Of a DNA stretch of 64,000 bases, positions 10,848-22,239 are shown piece after piece. Each line of letters begins with the position of its first letter. Positions within the stretch are counted from its first letter, which is position 1. The stretch is from Hyaloraphidium curvatum SAG 235-1. Taxonomy: Eukaryota > Fungi > Monoblepharomycota. The stretch is taken from assembly GCA_025558095.1 (NCBI GenBank), contig JAIVFI010000009.1, forward strand, positions 1 to 64,000, given 5' to 3'. The translations under genes and the position numbers were made by a program. The notes under the pieces are model-generated. The model saw only the letters and a list, made by a program, of their open reading frames with translations, did not search any database and was not told the DNA's origin.

Positions 10848-12187
10848 TCACTGTGCGGTGTAGCCTGGACGGCGTCACTCGTTAAGACATGCCACCGCCT
10901 CCAAAAACAACCCCGACCTACCTCCGTCGATTACCAGTTCCGACCCAGTCATCTGCGGCGGAATGTAGGTCAGATTTGTCCCGTCCGGCACCTCGCCGCC
11001 CGACAGCCCGGACACCCACGAATGAGCTCTCGTCCGATGCCAGGAACAAGATCCCGTCCGCGATCTCCCTCGGCTGCCCCATCCTCCCCAGCGGATGCCG
11101 CGCCTCGATGGCCGTCCGCGCGGCGACGGCCTCGGGGGAGTCAGATCCAGTGCCGACGCCGCCGAGGAGGGGGGTGGCGATGTAGCCGGGGTGAACCGAA
11201 TTAATACGGATGCCGTACTTTTGCTGCGCGCAATCTGCGGGAGGGGAGGCGGAGTAAGTCAGAGCGGAATCCGGGAAGGAGGAAGACTCGCAGAGGGCGG
11301 CAGCCTTGGTCGCGATCCTGACGCCGCCCTTCGACGCGTTGTCTGTGGGTTCCCCACCATCGAAGTCCACGGAATCGTCAGCAAAACGATTCCGCGGATC
11401 AGCAACGGACCCACAGCTAAGCGTGTGCGGCTCGGCGATGATCCCCTCGATCGAGCTGATGTTGATGATCGACCCGGCCTCCTTGGCCTTCCGCTCCTTC
11501 ATCGACCGGATGCCATACTTCATCCCGAGGACGGTGCCGGTCCTGTGCGTTTGAATCGCCTCGCAGTCAGCTGGGATCGCGAGCAGGCGGCCAGCGCGCG
11601 CGGGAAACTCACAAATTGATGGCGATGGTCCGGTCCCAGTTGGCCATGTCCAGATCCTCGATGACGGGGTCGATGATGCCGATGCCTGTGGGTCACATGG
11701 ATTGCGTGGAATCTCGGGAGACGACCTTCGGCATCCTCCCGCCAGTGACCCACCTGCCGAGTTGACGAGAACGTCCATCGGCCCCGCGAGCTTATGAGTC
11801 CTTCATGGCCAGTCCATGAGCTTCCCTCCGTCCTTCGTCAAGCAAACGAGCACCCACTCCTCGACGACCTTCACCCACTCCGCCTCCCTGGTCACGTCCT
11901 GCTCCACGAACGCGGCCTTGAGCCCGCTCCCGACCTCGTTCAGCGCCTGCTCGATGACGGACATCGCGAGGTCCCTTTGCTTTCCGAGGTCCGTCAAGAC
12001 GATGGCGCCCGCTCCCGCACGGGCAAAGGCGAGTGCCGAGGCGGCACCCAACCCCGACGCGCCTCCGGTTCTTCGGGGAGGCAGTCAGATTGTGTCTCCC
12101 GCCCGTCCTGCGGCCGCCCAACATCACGGCGACGCGTCCGAGGCCCGTGGACGCGTTGAGGAGGCGCTTCGTGAGGTGCGCAGCCAT
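10848..12187 (-). CDS. Classical short-chain dehydrogenase/reductase (multi-exon)
   Basis: GASGLGAA, DVLVNSAG, SIINISSIEG, (Y)NASKGGVR, IRINSVHPGYIATPL, LFLASDESSF|MTGSELVIDG|GYTAQ*. Confidence 0.9.
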
Positions 12188-12349
12188 TTCGAGGTCGATG
12201 GGGGGCAGCCGAGCTTGAGGTGTGGCAAGGTCACTCGTTCCGCCGAGGGCGTCGGGCGACCGCTGGGGCGTCCAATCAAAGTCCGTCCGATCAACCTCGT
12301 GTGCTCCATGTCATTTGCACTTCAATGTGCCATGTTCTCCGTCCGCGAG

Positions 12350-14156
12350 CTACCCGTACCCTGCCCCGGCCAGCGCCACCATCGCCCCGCCCAGCGCCCT
12401 CGTCCACAGCACCGCCGCCACCCCGAACCCCGCGAACCCGACCCCCGCCACAGCCGCCGCCGCCGGATCCGGCTGCAGCAGCGCCGCTGTCGCGATCCCG
12501 TGCGACGTCGCGCCCATCCCCAGCCCCCTCGCCAGCGGATCCGAATCCGGCACCCGCGCCAGCCGCAGCATCGCGGGCCCAAGCACGGCGCCGCTGATCC
12601 CCGTGCCGACCACGAGGGCGGTGCACAGCGGCACGTCGGCTGTGCCGCCCTGGAGGGCGAGGAGGGACTGCACCTGGATGGCGATGGGGGCGGTGACCGA
12701 ACGCGGGGCGAGGGCGAGAGAGAGGGCGGGGGGGAGCCAGAGGAGGCGGGCGAGGGCTGTGTGGAAGAAGAGGGAGAGGAGAGAGGAGAGGGCGAGGGCG
12801 GTGAGGAGCTCGAAGGGCTGGCGTAGGAGGAGGAGTTGGCCCGGCCGGCGCGCAAGACTCTCGACGACCGACACCCACGTATTTCGCGAGCACCTTCCTC
12901 TGTTCGTAGCACCGGAACCCCAGCGCCACCACCGCGGCGTCCAGCATGCTCAGCATCATGTCCCCGGCCCCGGGCCAGCCGACGTCGCCCGACAGGATGA
13001 CGGCGTACGTGTGGCCCGTCTGGTAGTACGACAGCGAGTCCTGGAACGGGATGCCGAGGACGAGGGAGAAGAGGTAGAGGGCGAGCCACATTAGGAGGGT
13101 GCAGGTGATGAGCGGGTGCAGGAAGATCTTGATCTGCGTTGTTGGTTTGATTGTAGACTTCAGCGCACACCGGGCAAGCGCGCACGTGCAACACACCTTG
13201 TCGGGCACGTACATCCCCACCAAGTACGCGAGCACGTTGAGCGCCCCCAGCATGAACATAGTCACCGCGTTGCCCGTCCCGGCGCTCGCGCCGATCCCAC
13301 CAAGCAGGATCAGCACCCATGCCGCGACGCCCCACGGATCGGGCCAGCCCGGGTGCGGAGCTTTGACTGGCAGGGGCTTGAGCGCCGGAAGGACTGCGGT
13401 TTCGCGGCCGAGGGTGCGCGAGAGCGTCGGGGGGAGGGCGACGGGGGTGAGGTGCAGCGCGAGGGGGGTCGAGGTGGGAGGGTGGAGAAAGGACGCCGAG
13501 CGCGAGAGGTCGGCAAGGTCCGCGTGGGGTTCTTCGTCCCGGTTTTCGGCCGGGGCCTGTTCGGCGGACGCAGGGACACCCTGCCCGGCTTCCAGGTCGG
13601 CCGCCTTGGCCTCGCCGGTTGCGTCGACGGCCTCGCTCCCCACGCTCTTCCTCTTCAGCGCCGCGAGCACCCGCTCTTTGAGGGCCCGCGCGCCGACGCC
13701 GAGGTACGCGTTGAGCGGCACAAAGAGCGCGAAGCCGACGACAAACACGGCCACGATTTTGAACGCGTCCGCCACGCCGACGGCGGGCGAGACGATGATG
13801 TCGAGCAGCGCAAAGGAAAAGTACAGCGCCATGTAGCGCAGCAGCAGGTTGGTTGCCGGGCGGAACGGGCCGAGGCAGAAGCGGTCCACCGCGCCGGCGG
13901 GCAGCACCGCACCAAGCAGCAGCAGCAGCCCAAACACGAGCAGCATCGCGGTGACGTTGGCCGGGAACCCGATGTGCGCCGCATTCAGGCCGGCCCGGAT
14001 GCCCCACAGGAGCAGCCAGAGGACGGCGATGCCCGGCGGGGCGAGGAGCCAGGACTCGGCGAGAGAGGCGCGCTCCGCCCAGAATGCCGCCGCGAGCCGG
14101 GAAAGCGGACCGGTCAGCCGGTCGGGCGGCTCGTCGGCAGCGTTGGAGATGTCCAT
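12350..14156 (-). CDS. LrgA/LrgB-like (CidAB-fusion, PLGG1-type) membrane transporter (2 introns)
   Basis: LrgA-like FPANVTAMLL..LRYMALYFS; LrgB-like LAPRSVTAPIA, GISGAVLG, ARGLGMGATSHGIATA. Confidence 0.88.
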
Positions 14157-14336
14157 GTTGCGAGTTTCGAGGTGTTTCGTTGGGGGTGACTCCCAGTGAC
14201 ATCACCTGGGCTGGAGCGTCCCGATCCTCGACCGGGCGCCGGCTCACCTGCGTGACGCGCTGATCCCGTTCAAACGACGCAGCCTAGGCAGATAAAGATC
14301 TGCCTTCCCGAAGGCACGGATACATCACGAGCCCGC

Positions 14337-14679
14337 CTACTTGGACACCTGGGCGGCTTGGAGCGTCTCCTTGAGGTTTCCGAGCCCCTGCTTGAGCTTC
14401 TCGGCGTCCAGGTTCGACAGCGCCTCCTTCTCGCGGGGTTCGCGATGGCGGCCTTGACCTTCTCGGCGATTTCTGCGGGGACGCCGCGGTCAGCGCGGGT
14501 AGGGCAATGTGACCGGGGAGTAGCCCACCCTCGAGCTGCTTCCTCCCCTCCTCCGTGCTGCTGAGCTCGGTGAGGCGCTCTTTCAGCGAGGCGGCAGCGG
14601 ACGCGGTGCCTGTGACGGGCTTCGATCAGCCCTACGGCGGAGCGACTGCGTGGTCCGCGGCACGCCGGAACCCACTCAT
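14337..14679 (-). CDS. Small (~75 aa) helical protein, 2 introns, apparent 1-nt frameshift at ~14435
   Basis: Spliced MSTASAAASLKERLTELSSTEEGRKQLEEIAEKVKAAIANP / EKEALSNLDAEKLKQGLGNLKETLQAAQVSK*; codon bias supports both segments. Confidence 0.55.
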
Positions 14680-15199
14680 GATGTCGTGCGCGGGGTTGAG
14701 CGGGCGGTCGAGCGTTCGCGAACGAACGGTGCGATGGAACGGCGATGGTGCGAGACTCGGGAAAGCACGCCACAGGGCCCTCGATGTTCACGGGTTCGGA
14801 GGCCCTGGGACTCCCGAACCATCCCGGAGACGGCCACGGCGAGTGGACTCGACGGGCTCTGGGACATCTCCCCATGCGCATCGTCCGACGGGGCGGTCCG
14901 GCAGCCCTGCCCCACGAGGGAGCGGAGCCGGTCGGGCTGGGGACGGTTGCACATTTCAATGATTTCGCGGCGGCCACCCACGGCCACCCCCGGCAACCGC
15001 TGTATCGTTCGTCGAATCCGCCCTCAGGGTCAATTCTTGGCAGGAACAACATCCCGGTCTCCGCTTACTGCTCCCCACGTCGTACGTGCCCTCTTCGCCA
15101 CATCCGCCTTCGGCCGCTCCGTCCCTTCTGCAGTCCCTCAAGCCTAGGTGAACCGCCCAAGCCGTCTATGACTCTCCAATAAAACACAGATCGTTTGCC

Positions 15200-15970
15200 C
15201 TAGATCCACTTGCCGCCGACGGGATAGCTGGTCCACCCCGCCGCCGTGCCCCTCGCGGCTAACCACGTTCCGACCGCCCTGTTCCACGCCCACCCGGTCC
15301 CCACCAGCACCGCTGCCGGCCCCGCTGCTCCCTGAACCGCAAACAGCCAGCCCATCGCCGCTACTGCCTCCCCGCCCAGCGCGCCGGCGATCAGCCCCGT
15401 CGCGGCGGCGGGGGGATGCATCGTGTCCGTGCGGAGCATGAGGAAGACCGATAGCGAGACGGAGAGGCCGCATGCTGCGACATAATCGAAGGGCGGGGGA
15501 AGGAGGGAAAGTGGGAGCAGGAAGCGGACGGCGCTGCCGGCGAACCCCGAGACGAGGTGGCCGCCAACGACGTTGCGTGGCCTGGAGAATGGCGCGGCGT
15601 GGGCGCCGTACACAAGGGCGGCGGAGGCGGCGAGGGAGGCGATGAGAGGCGGGAGGCCGAGGGCGGGGGAGGGGAAGAGCAGGGCCATGGCGGAAAAGCC
15701 GGCGAGGGAACCCGCGAACGCGGCGGTGTGGTGGAACAGAGGGGTGAGAGCGGACGGCGGGGCCGCAGGTGCAGGACTAGCAGGCTTCGGAATCGAGCCT
15801 GCAGTGGCCGGTTTGACCTCCGAGGCACCATTCGAGGAGTAGACGCGTAATCCGGGTCCTCCAGCCGCAGACACCGCGAGGTGGCATGCGGTCGCCGAAC
15901 CGCTTAATCCGCGTGCAGGACCCATCCTTGCACATCGAAGCACACCGAAGGCCGTCCGAATGACCTCCAT
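15200..15970 (-). CDS. HPP-family membrane protein (putative nitrite/anion transporter) with a presequence-like N-terminus
   Basis: LIASLAASAALVYGAHAAPFSRPRNVVGGHLVS, DTMHPPAAATGL, C-terminal YPVGGKW. Confidence 0.88.
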   Translation of the reverse strand: MEVIRTAFGVLRCARMGPARGLSGSATACHLAVSAAGGPGLRVYSSNGASEVKPATAGSIPKPASPAPAAPPSALTPLFHHTAAFAGSLAGFSAMALLFPSPALGLPPLIASLAASAALVYGAHAAPFSRPRNVVGGHLVSGFAGSAVRFLLPLSLLPPPFDYVAACGLSVSLSVFLMLRTDTMHPPAAATGLIAGALGGEAVAAMGWLFAVQGAAGPAAVLVGTGWAWNRAVGTWLAARGTAAGWTSYPVGGKWI

Positions 15971-16124
15971 GATCGCGATGTGGTTGGGAATCGCGGCCCC
16001 ACGGCGTGGTGTGCAGGGGTTGTATGCCGTGCGCGATCGGGCGATCGGGGCTCGGCTCACCGTTGAATTCGCGATTCACCGTCCAGCGAACCCGAGTCGT
16101 GGCCGCGAGAAACATCTTCAAAAC

Positions 16125-16790
16125 ATGGACACGTCACACTACTTCGACCCCTCTCCCGAGCGCGCCGACACGTCCTCGGTGCTCTTCCGACCGTCCCGCG
16201 ACGGCTCCCTGATCCCGTGCTCCGCCGCTTTCCGTCTGATGCGCGACCCCGGCCCCGACGGCGACGCGTTCCGCACGTCCTTCGTCGCGTCCCTGCGGCA
16301 CGGCCTGGACCATTTCTCTTCCTCGGCGAAATCAGACGCCGAAATCTACTTGGAATGCCGGCCGACTTCCCGCAGGAACCGCGGCACGGACCCCTTCGAG
16401 TTCCGTGTCGTCCGCGCGTTGGACCTCTCCTCGGCGGCGCGCCGCCCCGACCCGTCGGACTTTGCCGAGCACATCGAAGGGACGCGGGAGAAGTTCGTCC
16501 CCTTCGCTAACCTCGGCCGGGACGCGCTGCTCATCGCACCGAGCCCGCCCGCGGACCCGGCGGCGCGGTACGGGACCCTGGCCGGCTTCCTGAGGACCTC
16601 ACCGAAGGAGGATGCTTTGGAAATCTGGAAGGCGGTCGGCAGCGCGATCGAGGACTGCAGTGCGGACCCGCTGTGGGTTAGCACCTCGGGCGCCGGCGTC
16701 CCGTGGCTGCACGTCAGGCTAGATTCGAGGCCAAAGTACTACAAGACGCGGGAGTACATGGAGTATAGGGCGCCTGGAGGGCAGAGATAG
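16125..16790 (+). CDS. Conserved hypothetical protein (DUF6940-like)
   Basis: PDPSDFAEH, FANLGRDALLIAP, LWVSTSGAGVPWLHVRLDSRPKYY; intronless; family name from recall. Confidence 0.7.
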   Translation: MDTSHYFDPSPERADTSSVLFRPSRDGSLIPCSAAFRLMRDPGPDGDAFRTSFVASLRHGLDHFSSSAKSDAEIYLECRPTSRRNRGTDPFEFRVVRALDLSSAARRPDPSDFAEHIEGTREKFVPFANLGRDALLIAPSPPADPAARYGTLAGFLRTSPKEDALEIWKAVGSAIEDCSADPLWVSTSGAGVPWLHVRLDSRPKYYKTREYMEYRAPGGQR

Positions 16791-17109
16791 CTCGTGGCTT
16801 GTTGGCCTCGGTCTCCAACGGAGATTTGCCTCCCAGTGGCGATTGCCGAAGCCCCGCCTGATCTTCCCCATCTTCCCCATCCGCCCCGAGACACTCCAAT
16901 CAGATCCTGGAGCATCCAAATCACGTCTTCACCCGCTGGTGGGCGCCCAATCTCGAGTTTCCGCTCGCCCCGATGGGTCCGGGTGATACCGGGATCGGGC
17001 GGCCGTGTTCGAGCCCGACGTCATCCCCACACATCTCCCAAATCCTCCCGGCCGCTCTCGCTCCTCTCCCCACCGAATCGCGGCCGTCATCCCCTCCGCC
17101 GCACCGGCA

Positions 17110-17138
17110 ATGCCCACCGCGACCGCCCGCACGTGGGC

Positions 17139-17169
<31 letters not shown>

Positions 17170-18911
17170 TCCTTCCCCGCCGGCTGCGACACCCCCGAGC
17201 AGTACTTCGAACGCATGCTCGAGGCCAAGGACATCCGCACCGGCCCGCCCAACGAGCGGTGGAACACGCGGATCCGGCCCGAGTCGGGGTGGAAGGGCAC
17301 CTTCCTCGACAAGGTCGAGCATTTCGATCCGGAATTCTTTGGTTTGAAGGAGGCGGAGTCGCAGCAGCTGGACGCGCAGCAGAGGATCGCGGTACAGGTG
17401 GCGCACGAGGCGCTGGCCAATGCCGGGTACGCGGACGCGGCTACGCCCGAGGGGCAGAGGGAAGGGCTCAAGAGCTCCGAGTCGGCTGCGGTCTACGTCG
17501 GCGTGGCCAACGGTGGGCCGACTCGACTTCCCCTTTCCGGGCTCCCCGCTCATGGCCTTTGCTCCCCACCGGTCGTTGCCAGCCGACGGCGCCACCCTCG
17601 GGTTCCAGCTAGACGCCACCCCCTACACCCTCGTCGGCGTTCTCCCCTTCGGCACCGCCAACCGCGTCTCGCACTGCCTCGGCCTCAAGGGCCCCAGCGT
17701 GACCATGGACACGGGCTGCTCGTCGTCCCTGTACGCCCTCCATCAGGCCTGCAACGCGCTGCTGATGGGCGACCTCGAGATGGCCGTCGTCTGTGGATCG
17801 GTCGGTGCCCCCGGCGCGGCTTTCCGTAACTCGGCCGCTTATCCCCGCCGCGCAGACGGTCTTCACCAACCCCAACATGGCCAGCATGCTCTCCCAGGTC
17901 GGCGTCCTCTCCAAACGCTACATGACCTCCGCCTTCGACGACGCCGCGGACGGCTACGTCCGCGGGGAAGGCTGCGGCGCCGTGGTGCTCAAGCCCCTCT
18001 CGGCGGCCCTGCGCGACCGCGACCCCATCGTCGCGCTCGTGAGGGGCTCGGCGCTGGGCCACAACGGGCGGAGCAAGATGATCGCGGCGCCGTCGACGGA
18101 CGGGCAGATCGCGGTGATCAGGGCGGCGCTGGAGAAGGCGGGGGTGGACCCGGACGACGTGGATTTCCTCGAGTGCCATGCGACGGGGACGGTGTCGGGG
18201 GACAGGAAGGAGCTGGAGACGGTGGGGAGGGTGTTTGGCGAGAGGGACGGAAAGATCGTGCTGGGGACGGTCAAGAGCATGTTCGGACACGCCGAGGGCG
18301 CCGCAGGTGGGCATCTTTTTTCGCTGAGGGGCTCTGTGTGCCGCATGGAAAGGCTGACCACGTTCACCCCCCCGCCCACAGGCATCATGGGCGTGATCAA
18401 GGCCGCCATGGTTCTTCGGCACCGCCTCGTCCCCCCCAACCTCAACTTCACCGCCCTGCGCCACGACGCGCGCTGCGACCCCACCAAGCTCACCGTGCCC
18501 AGCGTCGCCTCGGGGCCGGTGAAGCTGGACAAGGACGGCGACCTGTTCGCGGGCGTCAACTCGTTCGGCGCCGGGGGGACCAACGCGCACGCGCTGCTGC
18601 AGGAGTGGAGGGGGGAGGGGAGCGACAGGGTGGTGTTTGGGGAGTTCAGCTACCCGAACATGAGGTGCGTCGCGAGCGGGACGAGCGACGTCTGTGCGCG
18701 GAGAGGTGATTCGGGCCCCTCTCGATCCAGATACCTTCCCTTCCCCTGCACCACGCACCCGTACTTCATCGGCGCGCACATCCGCGCGCTCGAGGCGCCC
18801 GACGAGGACGAGGAGAAGCTGGCCCGCGAGGAGGAGAAGAAGATGCTGGCGGCGGGGATGGCCCTGCGCAGGCCGAGCAAGATCCTGGTGCCGCCGACGA
18901 GCCACCAGTAA
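17110..18911 (+). CDS. Stand-alone type I PKS-like beta-ketoacyl synthase (KS only; 4 introns)
   Basis: EPIAIVGMACSFP, DAQQR, DTGCSSS, DGYVRGEG, ECHATGT, KSMFGHAEGAAG, VNSFGAGGTNAH; stop follows shortly with no AT or ACP. Confidence 0.9.
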
Positions 18912-19409
18912 ATCCGCGGCGCGAGGAAGGGGGACGAGCTTGTACCATGGCGAGGGGGATGCTGAGGATGCCATTCGCGATGCATAGATTTGCCATCTGA
19001 TCCAAGCGAAGCGACTGTCTCCGCCGCCACCCTCCAACCGATGGCCGCGGGCAGGTCGGCTGGTGTCCATCCTTCGGCGGGAACCTCGGGAGGCGCATGT
19101 GATCGGGCGGTGCCGGTGGGAGACGCCGCTGCACGGCCACAGGACCTCGGGGTGCAGGCGGGGAGGTCGGATGCGGGATCGGGCAGGCAATTTGCGCCGA
19201 GAGCGCCCTCGAGACACGAAGAATGGGATCCGCTCTGTTTGGCTGTGGCGGCCGAGTGTCGAAATCGAACCCCCGCCAAAGGGGGACCGGGGGACTTGCC
19301 GCTGGCTTAGGCTGGATCCGACAACCACCGACCGACGTCACTCGCATCCCCCCCGGGACGCAGGGCACCTGGGCTCTGCGGGAGCTGGCACGCCGGCAGG
19401 ACAACTGCG

Positions 19410-20590
19410 ATGGCGTCGGTGCCGCTCTCTTGGCTGCCGCCGGGCCCGGCGGCGTGGACGGCCGCTCCCCCGCCGCAGACCGTGCCCGCCGTCCCGCCGC
19501 CGATGCCCCCCCCCGGAGCGCCGGCAATCGCGTCGGCGCCACCTTTCGTGCTTCTCCCGATGGCGTCTCAGCGCCCGCCGCCGCCCGAACCGCCGCTGTA
19601 CCTGCAGTACGTCGTGGGCGACACCGTTGTGCTCGTCCCCCTCGCGCAGGCCCAGCACGCGCAAATGGCTCCCCAGCACGCATTCACCCCGGTGATGCGG
19701 TCGGTATCGTCGTCGTCGTCGGGCTCGTTTGGGCTGCTGCCGCACCCGCAGCTGGGCACCCAGGGACAGACTGTGCCGAGGGGGAGCGACCTCCTGTCGC
19801 TGCCGTCGCCACTCCTCCCGCCACGCGAACTTTCCCCCTCGGGGTGCCTGCTGTCTCAAATGGGGCTTGCTCCGCCCCTTCAGCTGCCCTTACCGGTCAC
19901 CCGTTCGCCCTCGAGCCCCCGAATCATCCCCATTGCCCTCCCCGGCGGTGCTCCCCCCCCTCCCTCCCGCGCGGACTCGCCCGATCGCCCCGCAGCGGAC
20001 GCCGACGGCAACTCGGAGGACGCCGGCAGCGACGACGACGACTTTGACGCCGGCACCTGGATCCACGACCTCTCCGACGGCGGCGGCCCGCTCCTCTCCG
20101 CGCAATCGACCCTCGCCGCAGGGTCTCGCGACCCCACCCTCCTCCCCCTCCCTGCAGACGACCCTCCCCCGGACCCCGACGACGCCTACTCGACCCCCAC
20201 CTCCCCCCGCCCCGCCCCCGGCCGCCCCCCGCTCAGCTTCGAAGCCTACGTCCCCGGCGCCCCCGCGCGCAAGCCCCGCCGCACGCGCACCCCGAAGCTC
20301 GGACGGGCCAAGCGGTTCCCGTGCGAGGTGTGCGGTGCAAAGTTCTTTTCCTCCGGGGTGAGCCTTCCTGCTCTCGGTTACCCGAGCATCCGCTGACTTG
20401 CGCCCCTCCCGATCGGCAGCACCTTTCCCGGCACAGGTACACGCACCGCCCCGACGACCTCAAGCCGCACGGGTGCCCCATCCCCGGGTGCCTCAGGCGC
20501 TTCTCGCGGTCGGACAATGCGAGGATACACCACAAAGCGCACCTGAGGCAGATCCAGGCCGAGGCGGAGGCCGAGGCGGAGGGGGATTGA
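19410..20590 (+). CDS. C2H2 zinc-finger transcription factor (2 fingers, 1 intron)
   Basis: FPCEVCGAKFFSSG|HLSRHRYTH..KPHGCPIPGCLRRFSRSDNARIHHKAH. Confidence 0.88.
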
Positions 20591-20757
20591 TCGCCACTTG
20601 GCGAAAGCGTGAGAGCAAAGAGTAGACTAGCACGGTAGATAGCAAGGAAGACTAGTAGCTCGGACGCGGGTTCAGGAGCGTTCCGCAGGTAGTGTACATT
20701 CCCGAGATACCCCGGCTGTAGGAGCCGGCGGAAGGAGAAGAGAGACCGATAGATAGT

Positions 20758-21225
20758 TTGCATAGCGATCACGGTTATTCATGCGGCCCTGGATGCGTGG
20801 CTGCGGGACTATGCCGCCCTTCGTTCGGACAACAACGGCGTAGCGCACCTGTCCGCGTCAATCACCGTTCTACTGCGATTGGAATCCGACCGTCAAGGTC
20901 ACCTTCACCTTACCGCGAAGCGACCGCCAGAACTCCCTCTCCTCCGCAGCCTCCCAAGGCTAACTGCTATCCGACTTCGACCCCTGCTAGCACGCCTGGA
21001 GTTACCCCGAAGCGCGAGGCTACTCCATCGGGATCCACCTCGGCCGGCGGCAAGCCCAAGCAATACCTCATGACTCTCCCCAACGGAATGCAGATCAGCA
21101 CCAGCACTTTCTCGCCCGATATGCTTATGGATATTGGCAGCGAGCTCAGGAAGATGGGGCTCGAGATGCCACGTGGAATAGGGAGAACCGATCCAGAGCT
21201 TGCATTCGACAATCGAAGGACATGA
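20758..21225 (+). CDS. Possible small low-complexity protein or gene fragment
   Basis: P/S/T-rich ORF with a helical C-terminus; no clear ATG; weak codon bias. Confidence 0.25.
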   Translation: MHSDHGYSCGPGCVAAGLCRPSFGQQRRSAPVRVNHRSTAIGIRPSRSPSPYREATARTPSPPQPPKANCYPTSTPASTPGVTPKREATPSGSTSAGGKPKQYLMTLPNGMQISTSTFSPDMLMDIGSELRKMGLEMPRGIGRTDPELAFDNRRT

Positions 21226-21273
21226 TCCCGAACCGTTCTGCATAGCTAGTCCGCCACCCTTCGACATCGACAC

Positions 21274-21855
21274 CTAGGCAGAGACCGCCTCGACCTGCTT
21301 GTCCGACCCGCCCCAGGCCTTCGGAACGTCCACGTACTTTGGCAGCCCGTCGTGGATCTGCGCCGGGTTGATGGCGAACGCATCCTCGCAGAAGATGTGC
21401 ATCGTGGGCTTGAACCAGCCCTTGCCGCCGTCCTCGGCGTGCGGCGGGAACAGCGCGGCCATCCGCGCGGTCTCGGGGCCGAACTTCGAGATGATCCGCG
21501 TGCCCCACTTGGAGCACGAGTAGCGCACCGCGCCGTTTTCCTTCTCGGTCACCTTGACCTGGATGAGGTCGCCGGTCTGTGGTTCCGGACGTCAACGAAT
21601 CACCGCGGTGCGTCCCGGTCGGGTCGGAAACTCGCCACGGACGTCGAGGCCTCGGGCCAAGCGCCGAGCGCTTCGACGGGGGAGGATTGCGAGCGCTGGC
21701 AGGAGTTGCACCAGCAGTAGAGGCACATTGCGGGGTCGCCCTTGGCGACGACGGTGAGCCTGCCGATGTGGGGAGGGAGACAAATCAGCGGCGAACGGCG
21801 GAAGAGAACGCGGGACGCACGCCTTGCAGGGGCACTGGAACGTGTGGTCCGACAT
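21274..21855 (-). CDS. GFA/Mss4-like (CENP-V) zinc protein (3 introns)
   Basis: FQCPCK, CLYC.., RYSCSKWGT, FKPTMHIFC, DGLPKY. Confidence 0.85.
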
Positions 21856-22239
21856 GGTTCCGTTCGGCGGCAGGAGAGGCGAATCGGAGTGGAGGGGATC
21901 GGCGTGCTTTCGCCTCGGGTCTCGGGTCGTCAGGGCGGCGCGGCAAAGTTCTCCCGAGGTCGGCGACCGAACCACCGCCCGCCACCTGGAGCCCATCCAT
22001 GCGGATGCCGCAAGTGGATGAAACGGGACTGGTCTTTATACCGTGATGCAGAGTTGCGATGCACGGAGCGCCCGAGGAAGGACAACAAAGACAGCGCAAG
22101 GGCAAGGGTCCGACACGGCGGCATTCGCCCGCACCCGCGGACTCATCATCCGAAGCGGAACCGATCATCACCGGAAACCCATGCTATTGCTCCCCATGCC
22201 GGCATGCCGAAGCCAAATACAAATGATCCCCCCCGCCGC

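Noticed and set aside
20590-20760. TAG/TAGA enrichment downstream of stop codons (also ~58790, ~60290, ~62700) as a novel poly(A) signal
   Set aside because: Not consistent across all genes and not testable without 3'-end data
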